Shown piece by piece: positions 1 to 8,852 of a DNA stretch of 38,186 nt. Position 1 is the stretch's first letter; each line of letters begins with the position of its first letter. Where the stretch lies: contig CAVUPH010000004.1 of NCBI GenBank assembly GCA_963743305.1, positions 1-38,186 of the forward strand, given 5' to 3'. Source of the DNA: an uncultured delta proteobacterium. GTDB taxonomy: Bacteria > Desulfobacterota > RBG-13-43-22. The position numbers were made by a program, and so were the translations under genes. The notes under the pieces were generated by a model. It did no database searches and was not told the origin of the DNA. It worked only from the letters and a program-made list of their open reading frames with translations.

Positions 1-750
1 ACCGTGCCGCCGGCTTTGATGGCCTGGAAAAGGGAGATAAGGATTTCGTAAATATGGGCCAGGGGCAGATAGGACAAGGCCTCATCGGTGTCATACCCGG
101 GGTTGGCCTGGAGATACGACTCGGTCATGCTCAAGATGTTGTGATGGCTGATCATGGCGCCCTTGGGCCTTCCGGTGGTGCCCGAGGTGTAAATGATCAT
201 CGCCGTGTCCTCCGGCTGGATTTCCGCCAAAACGCCGGTTCACACAGTCGGGATTTTCTTCCAGGTAGGCTTGGGACCTTTTAAGGAATTCGTCGAAGAA
301 GATAATCCGTTCTGGGAAAACCCCCAGAGGCCTTTAGGGTCCCAGATAATGACTTGCTTCACCTGCAGGTTGGGAAGGATTTGCAGGACCTTGTCGACCT
401 GCTCCTCGTTTTCGATAAAGAGGACCTGGGACTCCGAGTGGCCCACCACATAGGCCACCTGGTCGGGGGCGGAAGTCGGATAGACCCCGACCGAGACCCC
501 CCGATACTCATATTCCCCAGATCGCAGAAGAGCCATTCGGGGCGGTTCTCCCCTAAGATGGAAACTTTATCACCCCGCTGCACCCCCAGGAAATCAGCCC
601 GGCGGCTACGGTGCGGACCATGATCCCGTATTCTTTCCAGGAGGTCCGTTTCCAGATGCCGTAATCTTTGTGTCGCAGGGCCACCCGGTCCTGATAACGG
701 GCCACCTGGCTGAAAAAAAGGTCCGGAAAATTGCCGTTCCCGGCGGCCAT
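1..750 (-). CDS. Long-chain acyl-CoA synthetase (AMP-binding), N-terminal part; runs off the window edge and is split by apparent frameshifts
   Basis: Consecutive fragments in different frames: RVALRHKDYGIWKRTSWKEY, GDKVSILGENRPEWLFCDLG, VYPTSAPDQVAYVVGHSESQVLFIENEEQVDK. The AMP-binding signature IIYTSGTTGRPKGAM lies near 155-200 on the minus strand. Confidence 0.88.
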
Positions 751-1526
751 TACCAGCGCCTCCTTTTTTTGTACAGGCGCCAGCCTTTGGAAGAATCCGT
801 TTGACCTCCGAGGCCCAGATACAATTCTTGCACGTCTTCGTTGCTCTTGAGTTCTTCCGCGGTACCTTTAAGCACGATTCGGCCGGCCTCGAGGATGTAG
901 CCGTAATGGGCGATCTTCAGGGCCAGCTTGGCGTTCTGTTCGACCAGCAGAATGGTGGTCCCCAACTCGCTGATTTTAACCAGGGCGTCATAGACCGTGC
1001 GGGCCACTAAAGGGGCCAGGCCCAGGGAGGGTTCATCCAACATCAGCAGCCGCGGTCTGCGCAGGATGGCCCGGGCGATGGCCAGCATCTGTTGGTCCCC
1101 GCCGGACAGCGTTTCCGATTGCTGGTGGGTGCGTTCCTTCAAGATAGGGAAAAGGGTGTAAATAAAATCCAGATCGTCCTTGATCCCCTTGTCGTGCCGG
1201 CCCCAGCAGCCAAGTTCCAGGTTTTCTCGAACGGTCAATTCCCGGAAAAGGCCCCGGTCTTCCGGCACATAAACGATTCCCAGGGAGGAGACTTTTTCCG
1301 GCGGAAGCCGGTGAATACGATGCCCGTCGAATTCAATGCTCCCTTTCTTGGGCTGGTCCTTAAGCAGTCCGGCTACCGTCTTGAGCAGGGTGGTCTTTCC
1401 GGCGCCGTTCGGCCCGAGGACGGCGAAGATTTCCTTTTCCTTGATTTCCAGGGTCAGTCCGTGCAGGGCGTAAATCCGGTCGAAATAAAGGGTTTCGATA
1501 TTGGCGATCTGCAGGAAGCCCATCAT
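750..1526 (-). CDS. livF: Branched-chain amino acid-type ABC transporter ATP-binding protein (LivF-like)
   Basis: Walker A GPNGAGKTT, YVPEDRGLF, LSGGDQQMLAIARA, LLMLDEPSLGLAP, LLVEQN. Confidence 0.9.
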   Translation of the reverse strand: MMGFLQIANIETLYFDRIYALHGLTLEIKEKEIFAVLGPNGAGKTTLLKTVAGLLKDQPKKGSIEFDGHRIHRLPPEKVSSLGIVYVPEDRGLFRELTVRENLELGCWGRHDKGIKDDLDFIYTLFPILKERTHQQSETLSGGDQQMLAIARAILRRPRLLMLDEPSLGLAPLVARTVYDALVKISELGTTILLVEQNAKLALKIAHYGYILEAGRIVLKGTAEELKSNEDVQELYLGLGGQTDSSKGWRLYKKRRRW

Positions 1527-1619
1527 TTATGACCTCGCAAGAAATTTAAAACCTTTTTGCTCGGCGGGAGAGGGGAAGCCCTCTCCCGCCATTTGAAGTG
1601 AATTCAACTGGTCCCACCC

Positions 1620-2429
1620 TCACCCCAGGACGGGGCTAAATCGCCCTCGGCCTGCTGATGGACTTCTTGGAAGTCCATCAGTCATCCCCAGGTAGGCCCG
1701 GATCACTTCGGGATTGCGCTGGACCTCCGCGGGTGTTCCCTCGGCCATTTTTTGTCCATAGTAGAGGGCGACCATGGAATCGGACAAACGGGAAGCAATC
1801 CGTAGATCATGTTCCACCAGCAGGATGGTCATTTGATACCGCCCCCGGATTTCATTGATCCGGTAGGCCGATTCCTCCTTCTCCTCGGAGGTCAACCCGG
1901 AGATGGGCTCATCGAGCAGGAGCAGCTTGGGCTCCAGGGCCAGTGCCCGGCCCAACTCCACCCGCTTCTGCACGCCGTAAGGGCAGTCGGAAACCCGGGC
2001 GCCGCGATAGGCTTGAAGATCCAGGAAGTCGATAATCTCCTCCACCCACTCCCGGTGGCGGATTTCCTCCTTACGGATGCGCAACAGGGGATAGAGCGGG
2101 TTTTTGTTGAAACGAAGATGCCGTCCTACCAAAAGATTATCCAGGACGCTCATGTTCATGAACAACCGTAAGTTCTGAAAGGTGCGGGCCATCCCCCGGG
2201 CGGCGATACGGTCCGGAGAAAGCCGACGAACGCTTTTTCCTTGGAAGAGGATGTCCCCCCGGTTGGGATGGTAGATGCCGGTCAAACAATTGAAAAGAGT
2301 GGTTTTGCCTGAACCGTTAGGGCCGATGATCCCCAGGATGGAATTCTCCTTGACGGAAAGATCCACCCCGCTCAAGGCCATGATTCCGCCGAAACTGATC
2401 GATAGATCGTTGATTTCTAAAAGGGACAT
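1620..2429 (-). CDS. livG: Branched-chain amino acid-type ABC transporter ATP-binding protein (LivG-like). The true stop may be near 1678 if one G is missing from a homopolymer (YLGDD*).
   Basis: Starts MSLLEINDLSISFGG. Motifs GPNGSGKTT, ARTFQNLRLF, LLLDEP, LVEHD, and C-terminal GTPAEVQRNPEVIRAYLG. Confidence 0.88.
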   Translation of the reverse strand: MSLLEINDLSISFGGIMALSGVDLSVKENSILGIIGPNGSGKTTLFNCLTGIYHPNRGDILFQGKSVRRLSPDRIAARGMARTFQNLRLFMNMSVLDNLLVGRHLRFNKNPLYPLLRIRKEEIRHREWVEEIIDFLDLQAYRGARVSDCPYGVQKRVELGRALALEPKLLLLDEPISGLTSEEKEESAYRINEIRGRYQMTILLVEHDLRIASRLSDSMVALYYGQKMAEGTPAEVQRNPEVIRAYLGMTDGLPRSPSAGRGRFSPVLG

Positions 2430-2462
2430 CGGAAGAATATTTGGCCCACGAATAGGTTTTTT

Positions 2463-2528
2463 GAAGGGGCGGGGTCCCATCCCCGCCCGCCTTTGCCAGC
2501 CAGGGCGAGGATGGGACCCCGCCCCTAC
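2463..2528. repeat. REP-like inverted pair (GTAG-type, REPIN-like) between the substrate-binding gene and livG
   Basis: gaaggggcggggtcccatccccgccc ... gggcgaggatgggaccccgcccctac form a near-perfect inverted repeat ending in CTAC. Confidence 0.7.
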
Positions 2529-2542
2529 CATTCAATTCGGCA

Positions 2543-3742
2543 TTAAAACAACGGTTTAAAAAGCGTATAATCCGTAATTGGGACGTGCTTGCCCTTTTCC
2601 GCTCGCATCACCCGGGAACCGTTGACCCCGTGGTGGCGGTCCGGTGTGAAAGTCACCGGGGCCCCGATCCCTTCCGGTTTCCAGTTTTTGATCATCTCCA
2701 TACCCTTGATCATGGTCTCCGGGGTCAGATTCCGGCCGGCATTTTTAAGGCCCTCCACCAGGTACATCATGGAGGTGGCCCCAAAAACCGCCAGGTATTC
2801 CTTACCGGCCAGCTTGGGATCATATTTCTTCAGGATTTCGATCACCCGATCCACCTCTTTTTCTCCCGGGACCCCGGAGTTGGCCGGACTGGCCGGATAA
2901 ACCCCTTCCCAGACCTCCGGTCCGGCAATTTTGTACATGATCGGGTCGCCCAGGGTAAAGGTGACCAGGACTTTGGGTTTGTAGCCCAGTTTAGCCATCT
3001 CCTTGAGGATTAAGGCCCCGTGCGTCATAGTGGGATACATGATCAGAGTATCGGCACCCGTTTCTTTGAGCTTCTGGGCCTGAGTGGCTAAGGCCCTTTC
3101 CGTTACTTCATAAGGAACGGTGCCCACCAGACCGGCCTGCCCGGACAGCTTCTTCAGCCCCAGGTTAACCCCCGCCATGGCCATTTTCCCATAATCATCA
3201 TTCTGATAAAAAAGGGCGATTTTTTTAGCACCCAAGTGCTGGATGGCATAGGTAGTCAGGTACTCGGCTTCATTTTCATAGTCCGGGTAGCCGATAAAAA
3301 CGTATTTTAATTTGTCCTTGGGATATTTGGCCCAGATGCGGACATCGGCATAGGCATTAATCAAAGGGATTTTGTTTTCCGCGAAAAAATCTTTGGTGGC
3401 GTTGATGATCGCCGTGCCCAGCAGGGCATTGACGGCAAAGACCTGACCTTTCATTTCAGTCAGGTTGGCCATGGCCCGGGCCGGGTTATAGCCATCGTCC
3501 TTCATGATGACTTTGATCTTGCGACCGTGAACCCCGCCTTGATCGTTAATATAGTCGGCCCAGGCTTTCGCCCCCAGGGCCGTGGTACCCCAGAGGGCGG
3601 CCGGTCCCGACAGGGGGGTGGTCATACCGACGGTCACTTCCGTGTCCGTCACCCCTGATACCGAGGCGGCCTGAGTTGAAAAAACGAAACCCAGTAACAG
3701 CACCAGACTACCTATTCCGATCCAACCGGCTTTCCTGATCAT
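2543..3742 (-). CDS. ABC transporter substrate-binding protein, LivJ/K-like (Peripla_BP_6) family
   Basis: Signal peptide; motifs GVTDTEVTVGMTTPLSGPAA, INDQGGVHGRKI, DDGYNP, YQNDDYG. Confidence 0.9.
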   Translation of the reverse strand: MIRKAGWIGIGSLVLLLGFVFSTQAASVSGVTDTEVTVGMTTPLSGPAALWGTTALGAKAWADYINDQGGVHGRKIKVIMKDDGYNPARAMANLTEMKGQVFAVNALLGTAIINATKDFFAENKIPLINAYADVRIWAKYPKDKLKYVFIGYPDYENEAEYLTTYAIQHLGAKKIALFYQNDDYGKMAMAGVNLGLKKLSGQAGLVGTVPYEVTERALATQAQKLKETGADTLIMYPTMTHGALILKEMAKLGYKPKVLVTFTLGDPIMYKIAGPEVWEGVYPASPANSGVPGEKEVDRVIEILKKYDPKLAGKEYLAVFGATSMMYLVEGLKNAGRNLTPETMIKGMEMIKNWKPEGIGAPVTFTPDRHHGVNGSRVMRAEKGKHVPITDYTLFKPLF

Positions 3743-3957
3743 ATTTTTCTCCTTTAATGGATTGGGGTTAATGATGATTAACGACTAAGTACTTTTGAAA
3801 GAGGCTCAGGCGTGTTTTAATCATCCCTCCCTTCTTTTGAGCGGGCAACCTCGGAGGGGTGCCTCAACCATGTTTGGCTGAAATAGTGCGAGATCAGATT
3901 TCCTGGCTTAATCAAAGGCCAAGACTTCTAACTAAATACCAACCGTCCCTCGGTCTG

Positions 3958-5184
3958 TCAATTCTTTTTAACCATTTCCATGAAGGTCTGAATCTGATTT
4001 TCCGCCTGCTGGGGGGCATAGCTTCGAGCATCGGTGTGGTCGGCTTCAATAACCAAACCGGGTTTGCCGGTAATCTCGGAGACCTTTCGTTTGATATCGA
4101 ATTGCCCCAAGGAGTAGGTTTTGCAACTGCGGTTGGAATGCATGATAAAGCCGTCCGCCTGATAGTCTTGTAGCAAAGCAGCCATTTTACGAATCTTATG
4201 GTCCAAGCCCAGGTTCAAGTGAACGGTGGCGTAGGTCCGAGCCAGACTTTCCAGAGGCCGTTCCAGGTCCAACCCTTTCAAGGTCCAGGCCGAGGTATAG
4301 GTGTCGGCCACCAGGACCGCTCCCTGGCTGGAGAGCATTTTGGACAGGTTCCGGATGTCATACCAGATGGGAATATTATCCCAAATCAGCCGGATCTCTT
4401 CCCGGGCGAAGGCCCCTTCTCCTTGGCGGACCCTTTCTTCCAGTTCTTTTTTGAGCTTTTGGTAGTAGGCGACGGCCCAGCGGGTCCCCCGCAGGGTAAC
4501 AATCGGGGCCATGTGGATAAAGGCGTCGAAAGCGGCAAAGGGGGCCGGGCGATGGCGGGAGAGGTCCAGGATATCCTTCCAGAGGGTGATGGCCTCCAAC
4601 GACCGGGCGGAAACTCTTTCAAACCGTTTTACGGAGAAAGATTTCTTCAGGTGGGTTTCCAGGAAGACGACGAATTCCTTCAATTGGTCCTGGACGAAGG
4701 TTAAGGCATGGTCCGGTATTTCGTCGTGGATGAAGGGAGTGTCCAAGAAAAATAGCGGAACCCGGTATTTGCGGGCCTGGATTTCATACCATTTTATGAC
4801 GGTCCCGCAAATATTATTGCCGCAAACTAAGAAGTCGGGCCGGGGCAGGGCGCCCAAAGGCCCTTGGCCGCTTAAGGAACTGCCGATATCGCAGCGGGCA
4901 TAGGAACAAAGGTCGCGGGAGTAGCCCCGCTGCTCAGCTATTTCACAGAGGCCCACCGCCGTCCGGCTGGCCCCGCACATGGCCCCGTAATTTTCAGGAT
5001 AAAAGGGCAGGACCCCCATGGCGTACAGAGGTTCCACCGGCCCGCCGCTGGTGATCCAGGCCACCTTTTTGCCGAACCAGCGGGGATTTTTGGCGATCAG
5101 ATAATAGCCCTTCATCAGCCGCCGATAGGCTGAAAGGGACTTGATCTCGCGATAGTTTTTCGATCCTTGGGACGGTTCTGTCAT
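3958..5184 (-). CDS. 2-hydroxyacyl-CoA dehydratase family subunit (HgdA/FldB/BcrB-like)
   Basis: PENYGAMC, GYSRDLCSYARCDIG, LPRPDFLVCGNNICGTVIKWYE, DGFIMHSNRSCK, LVIEADHTDAR. Confidence 0.9.
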   Translation of the reverse strand: MTEPSQGSKNYREIKSLSAYRRLMKGYYLIAKNPRWFGKKVAWITSGGPVEPLYAMGVLPFYPENYGAMCGASRTAVGLCEIAEQRGYSRDLCSYARCDIGSSLSGQGPLGALPRPDFLVCGNNICGTVIKWYEIQARKYRVPLFFLDTPFIHDEIPDHALTFVQDQLKEFVVFLETHLKKSFSVKRFERVSARSLEAITLWKDILDLSRHRPAPFAAFDAFIHMAPIVTLRGTRWAVAYYQKLKKELEERVRQGEGAFAREEIRLIWDNIPIWYDIRNLSKMLSSQGAVLVADTYTSAWTLKGLDLERPLESLARTYATVHLNLGLDHKIRKMAALLQDYQADGFIMHSNRSCKTYSLGQFDIKRKVSEITGKPGLVIEADHTDARSYAPQQAENQIQTFMEMVKKN

Positions 5185-5191
5185 GTTCTTT

Positions 5192-5256
5192 CCATGCCAA
5201 TGGCCTTCTGCTCTATGCCCTTTGCGCCCCGCGCTCTGCGCCTCTCGCTCCGCGTC
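5192..5256. repeat. Degenerate heptamer tandem repeat filling the gap between the two dehydratase genes
   Basis: ctgctct atgccct ttgcgcc ccgcgct ctgcgcc tctcgct ccgcgtc (7-nt period). Confidence 0.6.
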
Positions 5257-6390
5257 TTACCCCAGCATCTCCACAAAGGCCTGAATCCGAATTCTATTCT
5301 GTTCCCGGGATTGCGAGGGGTCTTCGACTTCGAGCAGCAAGGTGGGAATCCCCTGCGCCTCAAAAAAAGTTTTCAGGTCCGGATAATCAAAAAAGTGGGG
5401 CTCACAATATTTATAGAGTAAAAAAATAACCCCTTGGGCTCCGGAGCTTTTCACTTCCTGAGCCAGGGTTTCTTGCCGGGCCTGGGGACCGTAGTATTTG
5501 GTGGGGCAGAAGAAGTTGCTGAAGTAGCGGTCGGTCAGGGTGTCCAGGGGATCGTCGAAATCCGAGGATTTCAGTCGAAAGGTCCGGGCCCCGCTGCACA
5601 GGTCGTCCCAGACGATTTGGGCCCCGCTGTCTTCAATAAGTGTCTGCCAGTAAGGTTCGTGGTTCATGTTCCCGATGACAAAAACCGGGATCGGCCGCGT
5701 GCCGGACTCGGGAGTTTCCGGGAGCGCTTCGGTGAGAGCATTGAGAAGCCGGAGGTAGGCTTCTCGATCCATCCAAAAACCGGCCTGTATCAGCCGGGCG
5801 AAAAAATCAGCCGGAAGTTCATGCCCATAGTTTAACCGGAGCGTATACAATCCGGTCAGTTGATCGCGAATCGCCTTAGAGAGGGCCAGGGCTTTTTTAA
5901 TATTGGCATCCGAAATCGGTCCCAGATGCTTTTCCAGCTCCGTCCGAAAGCAATCGAACTCCGCTCGCAGAAAAGTGCGGGCCAGGGGGGAATCCAGCCG
6001 GGTAGGGATCATCAAGTTATAATGAAAAGGAAGGCGTCCCTGTCTGATCCAGATTTCAGAAAGACCCTTATGGGCGTCACAGCTATGAGAAAAGACCACC
6101 CCTTTCAGGAAATCCAAGTCTCCGGCCAACAAATGCTGCAGATAGGATTTAACGGGATGGCAGCAGTAAGCCGGAAGAAAGGCCTGGGCCTGGTTGATTT
6201 TGACCGGCGTATCCACCAGGCGGAAGGGCTGGCCGCCGGCGGCCAGAATCATTTCTTCCGGGACGAAAGGGCAGAAGGTGCCGATGGCGGGCCGGTTGGC
6301 GGGCAATGCGGCCCCCAGGTCCCTATAATCTCTGGAGGTGAAGGCTTCGATTTCAGCTTGGATTGTTGCTAGGAGTTGATAGTCGGGCAC
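5257..6390 (-). CDS. 2-hydroxyacyl-CoA dehydratase family subunit D (HgdB/FldC/BcrC-like)
   Basis: CPFVPEEMILAAG, AYCCHPVKS, SHSCDAH, DDLCSGAR, YKYCEPHFFDYP, RIRIQAFVEML. Confidence 0.9.
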   Translation of the reverse strand: MPDYQLLATIQAEIEAFTSRDYRDLGAALPANRPAIGTFCPFVPEEMILAAGGQPFRLVDTPVKINQAQAFLPAYCCHPVKSYLQHLLAGDLDFLKGVVFSHSCDAHKGLSEIWIRQGRLPFHYNLMIPTRLDSPLARTFLRAEFDCFRTELEKHLGPISDANIKKALALSKAIRDQLTGLYTLRLNYGHELPADFFARLIQAGFWMDREAYLRLLNALTEALPETPESGTRPIPVFVIGNMNHEPYWQTLIEDSGAQIVWDDLCSGARTFRLKSSDFDDPLDTLTDRYFSNFFCPTKYYGPQARQETLAQEVKSSGAQGVIFLLYKYCEPHFFDYPDLKTFFEAQGIPTLLLEVEDPSQSREQNRIRIQAFVEMLG

Positions 6391-6463
6391 GGAGTGTCTG
6401 GAATAGTATCTCGGTTAAAGATTTTCTTTGGATCTTTCTATGGGCTACAGTTTTCTGCCTAAT

Positions 6464-6493
6464 TTTATAGTGAATCAGGCGGCCTGGTGTCAA
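6464..6493 (-). promoter_or_regulatory. Candidate sigma70 promoter for the dehydratase operon
   Basis: Minus strand TTGACA-18 nt-TATAAA, about 70 nt upstream of the 6390 start. Confidence 0.55.
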
Positions 6494-6617
6494 GAAAATA
6501 AGGTTTGAGTTAGGCTTGGACATTTGATTTATTTCAATCTAGCGCAGGTTATCTTCCGAGCAAGGTAAGGCGTCTTGTTCAAAGGGGTGGGTCAACCGTC
6601 GGTCGTCGTCTTTATCC

Positions 6618-8842
6618 TCAGGGTAATGTGTCCGGGTTCTCCCCCAGGGCCTCCCGAACGGTTCGAGCCATCTTCGCCATGAGAATCGGTTTCATCAAAA
6701 AGGTATTGATGCCGCGGGTTTTGATCCGTTCATCCAGGTATCGCGTCGCTGTAGCCGGTGCAAAGTACGATGGGGATGTCCGGGCGAATTCGCTTGAGTT
6801 CCAGGCCAGTTTGTCGCCGGTCATGTTGGGCATGGTCATGTCCGTGATGACCAGGTCAAACCGGTGGGGCTGGGTGGCAAAGAGCGCCAGCGCATCGAGC
6901 TGCTGGTACTGGTCTCCACGCTGTAGCCCAGGTTCTCCAGTATCTGCCTGGCCCATGTCCACCAGGACCTGCTCATCGTCGATCAAGCAGAATGCGCTCA
7001 TGGCCGTCGCGGAATGTCTTCCGATGGTCCGTGTTTCCGAAACTTCTTTTTCTGGATGGCAGGGAAATAGAGATCAAGATCGAACCCTGTCCCGGCTCAC
7101 TTTCCACCGTGATGACGCCGCCGTGTTTCTGCACGATGCCGTGCACTACGGCCAGACCCAAGACCCGTACCGACCCCCTTCTCCTTGGTGGTAAAGTACG
7201 GATCGAAGATCTTTGCCATGGTGGCCTCATCCATCCCGTGACCGGTGTCTTTCACACTAGCTTGACATAGGGTCCGGGCTTGAGATCGGGAAATGGATAG
7301 CGGTGTCTCATGCCCCAGAGTCCACGGAAGTCAATTTCACCTCCAACACGCCGCCATTTTCTTTCATGGCATGATGGGCATTGGTGCAAAGATTCATGAA
7401 GACTCTGGTGAATCTGTACCGGATCGGCCAGGATGGCTCGGGAGTCGGGCCTCCAGGTCCTGGCGGATTTCGATGGTGGCCGGCAAGGAAGCCCGCATGA
7501 ATTTAAGGACCTCTTTCACGATGTGAGCAATCTGAACCGGTTTTCGTTCCTCCTCACTTTGCCGACTGAAGGCCAGGATCTGGTTGACCAGGTCTTTGGC
7601 CCGCTCTCCGGCCTCGAGGACCATCTCCAGATATTTCCAGGAGTCTGGAATCAGCTGGAGTATTCCAACAGGGCCAGTTCGGAATAACCGATCACCGCGG
7701 AGAGGATATTGTTGAAGTCGTGGGCGATGCCGCTGGCAAGGTCCCGATGGCTTCCATCTTCTGGGATCGCTGGAGATGCTGCTGCAGTCTGGAGTCGCTC
7801 GGCCTCGGCCTCCTCAATGCGGGAGAGGCTCTCCCTCAAGCTCCCGGGCATGCTTCCTGAACTTGCTCGTACAGCAGGCTCTTATTCAGACCCGATGGAC
7901 ATTTCATTGGCCAGGGCCTCCAGAAAGGAGGCGTTGTTCCTTGAAAGTCTCGCGGCTGCAGAGAGGCAATCCCCAGGACTCCGATGATTCTCGATCCGCT
8001 CCCTAACGGCAAGGCGGCGAAGGAGCATAAACCCGGCTTCTTGCATTCCGTTCAGCGTGCAGCGGGGATCAGATCGCATGTCCGAGGGAATAGATCGGCT
8101 TCTTTTCAGCTGACCGCCAGTCCGCAGAGGCATGAACCCACGCGGTGGACCTCGTGGGATGCCAGGCAATCGTCCACGGGTTCCGGGAAGATGCCTTTAA
8201 GCACAAGCTCGTCCCCTTGGCGCAGGAAAAAGACGGCGAGGTCGGGAGCGATGGCAATGCCACGATTTCGCGCAAGCCGTAGCGGATGGACATCCTCCAC
8301 GGTTATGCTCTCATTCACCTTTCGGGCCAACCGGTTCAGGATGGACAAGTTCTTCGGCCCGAGTTCGGAGGGCGGCCTCGCTGGCCGCCAGGGCCTGGGT
8401 GCGATTCTCGACCAACTGTTCGAGGTGATCCAGGTAATTTTGGTTTTCTTGCTCAAGGCGCGTGTTTTTCATCATGAGGTGTTTGACGCGCAGGGCGTTT
8501 CGAACCGCCTTGAGGATCTCCATCTTGCTGACCGGTTTCTGCAGGTAGTCTACCGCGCCCAGGCGCAAGGAAGCTGAAGCCGTCTCCAGGGTCGGTTCAC
8601 CGGTCATCATGATGACCTGAACCTGGGGCGAAATTTCACGGACCCGTCGGAGCAGATCCACGCCCGATACTTGGGGCAGAATGATATCGGTCAATACCAC
8701 ATCAATCGGCCGGCTTCGGAAAATAGCCATGGCCGATTCCGCATCCTCCGCCGTTTCCACCGTATGGCCGTCCCTTTCGAGGAAGGCCTTTAAGGTAATA
8801 CGCAGTGCTGCGTTCATCATCTACCACTAGAATATTTCCCAT
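6618..8842 (-). pseudogene. Hybrid histidine kinase REC-GAF-HisKA-HATPase-REC, broken by many frameshifts (pseudogene or assembly errors)
   Basis: Ordered fragments: MGNILVVDDE (start 8842), [98 protein letters not shown]. Confidence 0.8.
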
Positions 8843-8852
8843 CCGCGTCTCC

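Noticed and set aside
8106-8108. TGA after CLCGLAVS as a possible selenocysteine codon
   Set aside because: Homology to the paralogous GAF continues in another frame, so this is an indel
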